Part shown: piece after piece, positions 53,966-58,300 of the stretch
How the letters are laid out: each line of letters begins with the position of its first letter
Position numbering within the stretch: the first letter of the stretch is position 1
Assembly (NCBI GenBank): GCA_049687495.1
Contig: JBAVJB010000068.1
Location: 1-58,300, forward strand
DNA length: 58,300 nucleotides
Origin: Salinimicrobium sp.
GTDB lineage: Bacteria; Bacteroidota; Bacteroidia; Flavobacteriales; Flavobacteriaceae
Direction of reading: 5' to 3'
The notes under the pieces: generated by a model
The model's database searches: none
What the model was told of the DNA's origin: nothing
Seen by the model: only the letters and a program-made list of their open reading frames with translations
Program-made: the position numbers and the translations under genes

Positions 53966-55813
53966 CTATTCTACCGTAACCGATTTTGCCAGGTTCCTTG
54001 GCTGGTCCACATTCTTACCAAGCATCACAGCGATGTGGTAAGACAGCAACTGCAACGGAATGGTTGTTAAAAGCGGAGTAAGCGCCTCAATAGTATCGGG
54101 CACCTCGATCACATAATCGGCCAGATCACGAACACTGGTGTCCCCTTCGGTAACAATTCCAATGATCTTTCCTTGTCTAGAACGTATTTCCTGAATGTTG
54201 CTCACCACCTTCTCGTAATGACCTTTTCTGGTTGCGATTACCACCACCGGCATTTCTTCATCGATAAGCGCGATCGGTCCGTGTTTCATTTCGGCTGCAG
54301 GATAACCCTCAGCATGAATATAGGAAATCTCCTTCAGTTTAAGTGCGCCTTCCAAAGCCACAGGGAAGTTAAATCCTCTTCCCAGGTAAAGACAGTTTCT
54401 TGCGTCTTTATATTTATCGGCAACTACCTTGATATGCTCGTTTGATTCCAACGCCACCTCGATCTTATGCGGAATGGTTTCCATTTCACTTAGGTGCATG
54501 TGGAAATCAGAATTTGAAATGCTGCCTTTTGCTTTGGCAAGTTTCAAAGCCATTAAAGTAAGTACCGTGATCTGCGTAGTAAAGGCTTTTGTTGAAGCCA
54601 CCCCAATCTCAGGACCTGCGTGTGTGTATGCCCCCGCATTGGTCTCTCTTGAAATGGAAGAACCAACTACGTTACAAACTCCAAAGACAAAAGCGCCTTT
54701 TTCCTTTGCAAGCTTGATCGCCGCCATAGTATCGGCAGTTTCACCACTCTGGGAGATCGCGATCACAACATCATCTGAATTAATGATAGGGTTTCTGTAT
54801 CTGAATTCTGAAGCATACTCTACTTCCACAGGGATCCTCGCAAGGTCTTCAAAAACATATTCGGCCACAAGACCGGCGTGCCATGAAGTTCCGCAGGCAA
54901 CGATAATGATACGTTTAGCATTTAAGAAACGCTCCAGGTTATCATCAACCCCGGCCATACGAATAATGCCGGCGTCAACCTGCAAACGTCCTCTAAATGT
55001 ATCGGTAATTGCATTTGGCTGCTCATAGATCTCCTTTAACATAAAGTGATCGAAGCTGTTCTTCTCGATCTGCTCAAGGTTAAGCTGCAGCTCCTGCACA
55101 TAAGGATCAACAAGGCTGTCATCCTTGATCTTTCTTACCTTAACGCCTTTATTTCTTCTCACTACAGCCATTTCCCCGTCTTCCAGGTAAATAGCATTTG
55201 AAGTGAATTCTATAAAAGGAGAGGCATCTGAAGCTATGAAATATTCATCTTCTCCCACTCCAATTGCCAACGGGCTACCCAACCGGGCAACCACGATCTC
55301 ATTAGGTTTTCTCCTGTCAAAAACAGCAATGGCATAAGCACCCACCGTCTGGTTAAGGGCGATCTGCACCGCCTTACCCAGCTTTACATCTTCTTTTTTA
55401 CTGACATCTTCAATAAGATTGACCAAAACTTCGGTATCAGTATCAGATTTAAAAGAGTAGCCTCTTGCGATCAACTCTTTTTTAAGTGATTCATAATTCT
55501 CGATGATCCCGTTGTGAATGATCACAAGGTTTCCCGAGTTTGAGACGTGAGGATGAGAGTTCACATCGTTTGGCACCCCGTGAGTTGCCCAACGCGTGTG
55601 ACCAAGGCCTAAAGTGCCTTTGGTGCTCATTTCATTTTCAAGTTTAGCCTGAAGATCGGCTACCTTTCCTTTAGTCTTGCAAACTTTAAGTTCTTTATCG
55701 TCATACAATGCAATCCCGGCACTGTCATAACCTCTGTACTCCAATCTCTGGAGTCCTTTCAACACGATAGGATAGGCCTCTCTATGCCCTATATATCCCA
55801 CAATTCCACACAT
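53966..55813 (-). CDS. glmS: glutamine--fructose-6-phosphate aminotransferase
   Basis: MCGIVG, LEYRGYDSAG, GHTRWATHG, SQSGETADT, PRNLAKSVTVE. Confidence 0.99.
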   Translation of the reverse strand: MCGIVGYIGHREAYPIVLKGLQRLEYRGYDSAGIALYDDKELKVCKTKGKVADLQAKLENEMSTKGTLGLGHTRWATHGVPNDVNSHPHVSNSGNLVIIHNGIIENYESLKKELIARGYSFKSDTDTEVLVNLIEDVSKKEDVKLGKAVQIALNQTVGAYAIAVFDRRKPNEIVVARLGSPLAIGVGEDEYFIASDASPFIEFTSNAIYLEDGEMAVVRRNKGVKVRKIKDDSLVDPYVQELQLNLEQIEKNSFDHFMLKEIYEQPNAITDTFRGRLQVDAGIIRMAGVDDNLERFLNAKRIIIVACGTSWHAGLVAEYVFEDLARIPVEVEYASEFRYRNPIINSDDVVIAISQSGETADTMAAIKLAKEKGAFVFGVCNVVGSSISRETNAGAYTHAGPEIGVASTKAFTTQITVLTLMALKLAKAKGSISNSDFHMHLSEMETIPHKIEVALESNEHIKVVADKYKDARNCLYLGRGFNFPVALEGALKLKEISYIHAEGYPAAEMKHGPIALIDEEMPVVVIATRKGHYEKVVSNIQEIRSRQGKIIGIVTEGDTSVRDLADYVIEVPDTIEALTPLLTTIPLQLLSYHIAVMLGKNVDQPRNLAKSVTVE

Positions 55814-55816
55814 ATT

Positions 55817-57391
55817 CTAGTTCTTTTGTTCTGTATAGTAAATCTTCAGCTTAAGCCGCTTTTCTTCATTTTCTGCATTCGGGCCATACAAAACAGTGGC
55901 TTCAGGAGTTACTACAGAGCCGGTTGGCACCGATTTCACCTCCGCTCCTCCAGTTTGAAGTACCGCTGAATTGTTTACCAGATTCACATTCTGTACAACG
56001 ACCAGGCCAAGTTTTACATTAGTCGAATCTTTTGTCAATACATTATTGATATGCCTTGTCAACCTGATCTTATATTTTATACCGTTGCCGTTCTCGTCTC
56101 TTTCCAGAGGCACTAAATGATAATCATTAGAAGTAGATGTTGGATCATTCAATTCTCCAGATGCATCAAGAGTGTAATCTATCAACAACCTGTTCTGGTC
56201 TAAATTGTAAAGGTAAACCCTTTCCGGCTCTCTTGAGCTGCTCATCATATCACGATTCACATAGAATTCGAGGTTAGCCTCGTTTACCAGCCAGTTATTA
56301 TCTCTAATAAATTCAAGTTCATCTGAAACTCCGTCACCATCTGCATCTGGTCCGCTAAAAAGATCTATGATGGCCATAGAGCCCTCGCCTCCCTTGAGGT
56401 AAAGATCGTCAGGGTTGTCGAACTGCGGCATTTCCTGCTCAAAGGTATTCACCTTGGTTAAGCCTAAAGCAAGATTGTACAACCTGTTTTCTTCAATTAT
56501 TTCTGAAGTATCCCCGTCGTCATCAACATCTTCGGTGTCCTCTACCTGAGCCCTGTAGTACAAGGTGATTCCCGTGCCGTCGGCAGCAAGGTTCAATAAG
56601 GCCATGCTTCCGGAATTTCCTGTTTGCTCCGCCTGAATATAAATACTTCGCAAATAATTCCTGAAGTTGCTCTGGCTCGCAAGAACAGCTTTGCCTTGCT
56701 GGTCAAGGATCTTATTCTGAAAGAAATCTTTATCCAGTTTCACTCTCATACGCGGGGCATATCTGATAGTATCTTCAACCGCGATCGGGCTTTCATCTAT
56801 TACAACTACCTCATCTGCCGAAAATTCAAAATCTTCTTTTTGATAAAGCACGTTAGAAGTAAGGTTATTCTCTACCTGAGGCCCGAGATTGGAGTAATAT
56901 TTTTGAGCACGCTCAAAATCTGTGTTCGGATCAAAATTGTTCAGGAAGTAATTTGTTTCGGTGATGGTAAGCTTAATAGGAGCACTTCCGTATATAGAAT
57001 CCAGCTCATACTTTGTTTGGCCATCCTCTGTGTTCTCCAGCTGCGTAGAATAGTAAGGAATGTTCAAAACCACGCTATCCAGCACGGGCTGTGCACCAAA
57101 ATCTGGGTTTGTCGAAGAAAGCGACAATTGAGAAAGAATGCTGGCAGTCTGTTTTCCAAAAACAGGATCATTATAAACCCCCAGCAAATAAACTGGCAGG
57201 TTGTTGGTTTGAACCGGCGCAAGTTTGTTAGTATGCGCAGAGATCTCGGCCTCATCGTAAAGCTCGGCATTGAAGCCGGGCTGGCCAATTACTTCGGTTC
57301 CTATGCTTTCGAAGTCATCTTCACATGCTACAAAAGAAAAAACAACAGCGACAACTGTTGTTATTTTCAACATCGTATTTTTTAAAGTCAT
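55817..57391 (-). CDS. DUF4270 family lipoprotein
   Basis: lipobox FVAC followed by acidic EDDFES; LLGVYNDPVFG; C-terminal KRLKLKIYYT; located between glgA-like and glmS. Confidence 0.85.
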   Translation of the reverse strand: MTLKNTMLKITTVVAVVFSFVACEDDFESIGTEVIGQPGFNAELYDEAEISAHTNKLAPVQTNNLPVYLLGVYNDPVFGKQTASILSQLSLSSTNPDFGAQPVLDSVVLNIPYYSTQLENTEDGQTKYELDSIYGSAPIKLTITETNYFLNNFDPNTDFERAQKYYSNLGPQVENNLTSNVLYQKEDFEFSADEVVVIDESPIAVEDTIRYAPRMRVKLDKDFFQNKILDQQGKAVLASQSNFRNYLRSIYIQAEQTGNSGSMALLNLAADGTGITLYYRAQVEDTEDVDDDGDTSEIIEENRLYNLALGLTKVNTFEQEMPQFDNPDDLYLKGGEGSMAIIDLFSGPDADGDGVSDELEFIRDNNWLVNEANLEFYVNRDMMSSSREPERVYLYNLDQNRLLIDYTLDASGELNDPTSTSNDYHLVPLERDENGNGIKYKIRLTRHINNVLTKDSTNVKLGLVVVQNVNLVNNSAVLQTGGAEVKSVPTGSVVTPEATVLYGPNAENEEKRLKLKIYYTEQKN

Positions 57392-57401
57392 TGAAATTTT
57401 T

Positions 57402-58211
57402 CTAAGATAATACTTGATTCATGTAAAAATCCTGGTAGGCCTGGGCAAACTCTTCTTTGTTCTTGTACTCCAAAACAGGTTTGTCCAGCTTGCTCAGGTA
57501 TTTTTTGAGCTCATCAGGAATGTTGTCTCCCGCTATGACAGCTGCATCTGAATTGTCAACCGCGGTTTTCATGAGGTTTACGTAAGTGGGTTTTTTAAGA
57601 TGTTTCACCTGGTCATTTTCTAACCCGTCAAAAAGGACTTTTTTGTACAGGTCTTTATCTAACGTGCCTTCAAAGTCCTGATTGTATACAGAGGTCACTA
57701 TTTTAGCTTCGTTGAACAAAGGTTCATTCCCGTAGTAGTTCCTTAGGTATAGCGGCAGCAAAGAAGACAGCCAGCCGTTAACGTGAATAATATCGGGTGA
57801 CCAGTTAAGTTTCTTCACTGTTTCAATTACACCTTTCGCAAAAAAGATCGCTCTTTCATCGTTATCGGCAAAAAGGTTTCCCTCTTCGTCTGTGAGCGTC
57901 GCCTTACGCTTGAAATAATCTTCATTATCGATGAAATACACCTGCATGCGCTCCTTTGGAATAGAGGCCACTTTGATGATCAAAGGCATATCAAGGTCGT
58001 TGATCACCAGGTTCATCCCTGAAAGCCTAATCACCTCATGAAGCTGGTGCCTGCGCTCATTGATATTCCCAAACCTGGGCATAAATATGCGTATTTGTCC
58101 TCCCTGGTTATTCACCATTCTGGGGGCTTCAAAAGACATAGATGAGATTTCGGTTTCGGGTAAATAAGGTATAACTTCAGATGATACGTACAATATCCTC
58201 TTTTCTTTCAT
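57402..58211 (-). CDS. glycogen/starch synthase N-terminal (Glyco_transf_5) domain protein
   Basis: ILYVSSEVIPY, IRIFMPRFG, DNDERAIFF.KG, W.PDIIH; only 269 aa. Confidence 0.85.
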   Translation of the reverse strand: MKEKRILYVSSEVIPYLPETEISSMSFEAPRMVNNQGGQIRIFMPRFGNINERRHQLHEVIRLSGMNLVINDLDMPLIIKVASIPKERMQVYFIDNEDYFKRKATLTDEEGNLFADNDERAIFFAKGVIETVKKLNWSPDIIHVNGWLSSLLPLYLRNYYGNEPLFNEAKIVTSVYNQDFEGTLDKDLYKKVLFDGLENDQVKHLKKPTYVNLMKTAVDNSDAAVIAGDNIPDELKKYLSKLDKPVLEYKNKEEFAQAYQDFYMNQVLS

Positions 58212-58300
58212 AAGGCCACTGCTTTAATGCGGTTGTGAATAAAAAACACGCAAAATTACAAAATTTTATGCAGATTGCGAGTATTATCTTAAGTTTGCAC

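Noticed and set aside
55814..55816. glmS ribozyme
   Set aside because: Only 3 nt separate the DUF4270 gene from glmS, so there is no leader.

Overview
A gene-dense, mostly core-genome chromosomal window from a Bacteroidota bacterium, very probably Flavobacteriaceae (gldD/gldE, TAnnTTTG promoters, atpD-atpC split from the other atp genes, DUF3098/DUF4270/DUF4301 genes). It holds about 64 CDS: uppP-truB-tag, aat, greA, a TPP-riboswitch-controlled TonB receptor, a hybrid kinase plus sigma-54 activator pair, a thiamine-binding/PnuC/NadR-kinase/DUF4301/arfB operon, GGGP synthase-PPTase, ahcY, rplU-rpmA, an M16 peptidase pair, gldE-gldD-ssb-mutY, HU-bS22-RNase E/G, recX, a biotin cluster (bioF-D-A-SET-KAS-bioB-JmjC), mrpA-G, an M61 peptidase, atpD-atpC and glgA-like-DUF4270-glmS. 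I found no tRNA, rRNA, CRISPR array, transposase or prophage. The main unexplained signal is a 17-bp palindrome, CAAAAATG-N-CATTTTTG (7 perfect and about 8 degenerate copies found by eye). It sits between convergent genes and also in-frame inside conserved enzymes, where it reads K-N-[D/A]-I-F. Other leads are a possible non-canonical pimelate route in the bio cluster, a possible vitamin/nucleoside salvage module built on DUF4301, a REPIN-like element, heptamer-repeat arrays, a greA leader terminator, an L21-Rho_N fusion, a frameshifted VOC gene and two small ORFs missed by the ORF track. All calls come from motif recognition by eye; no database searches were run.
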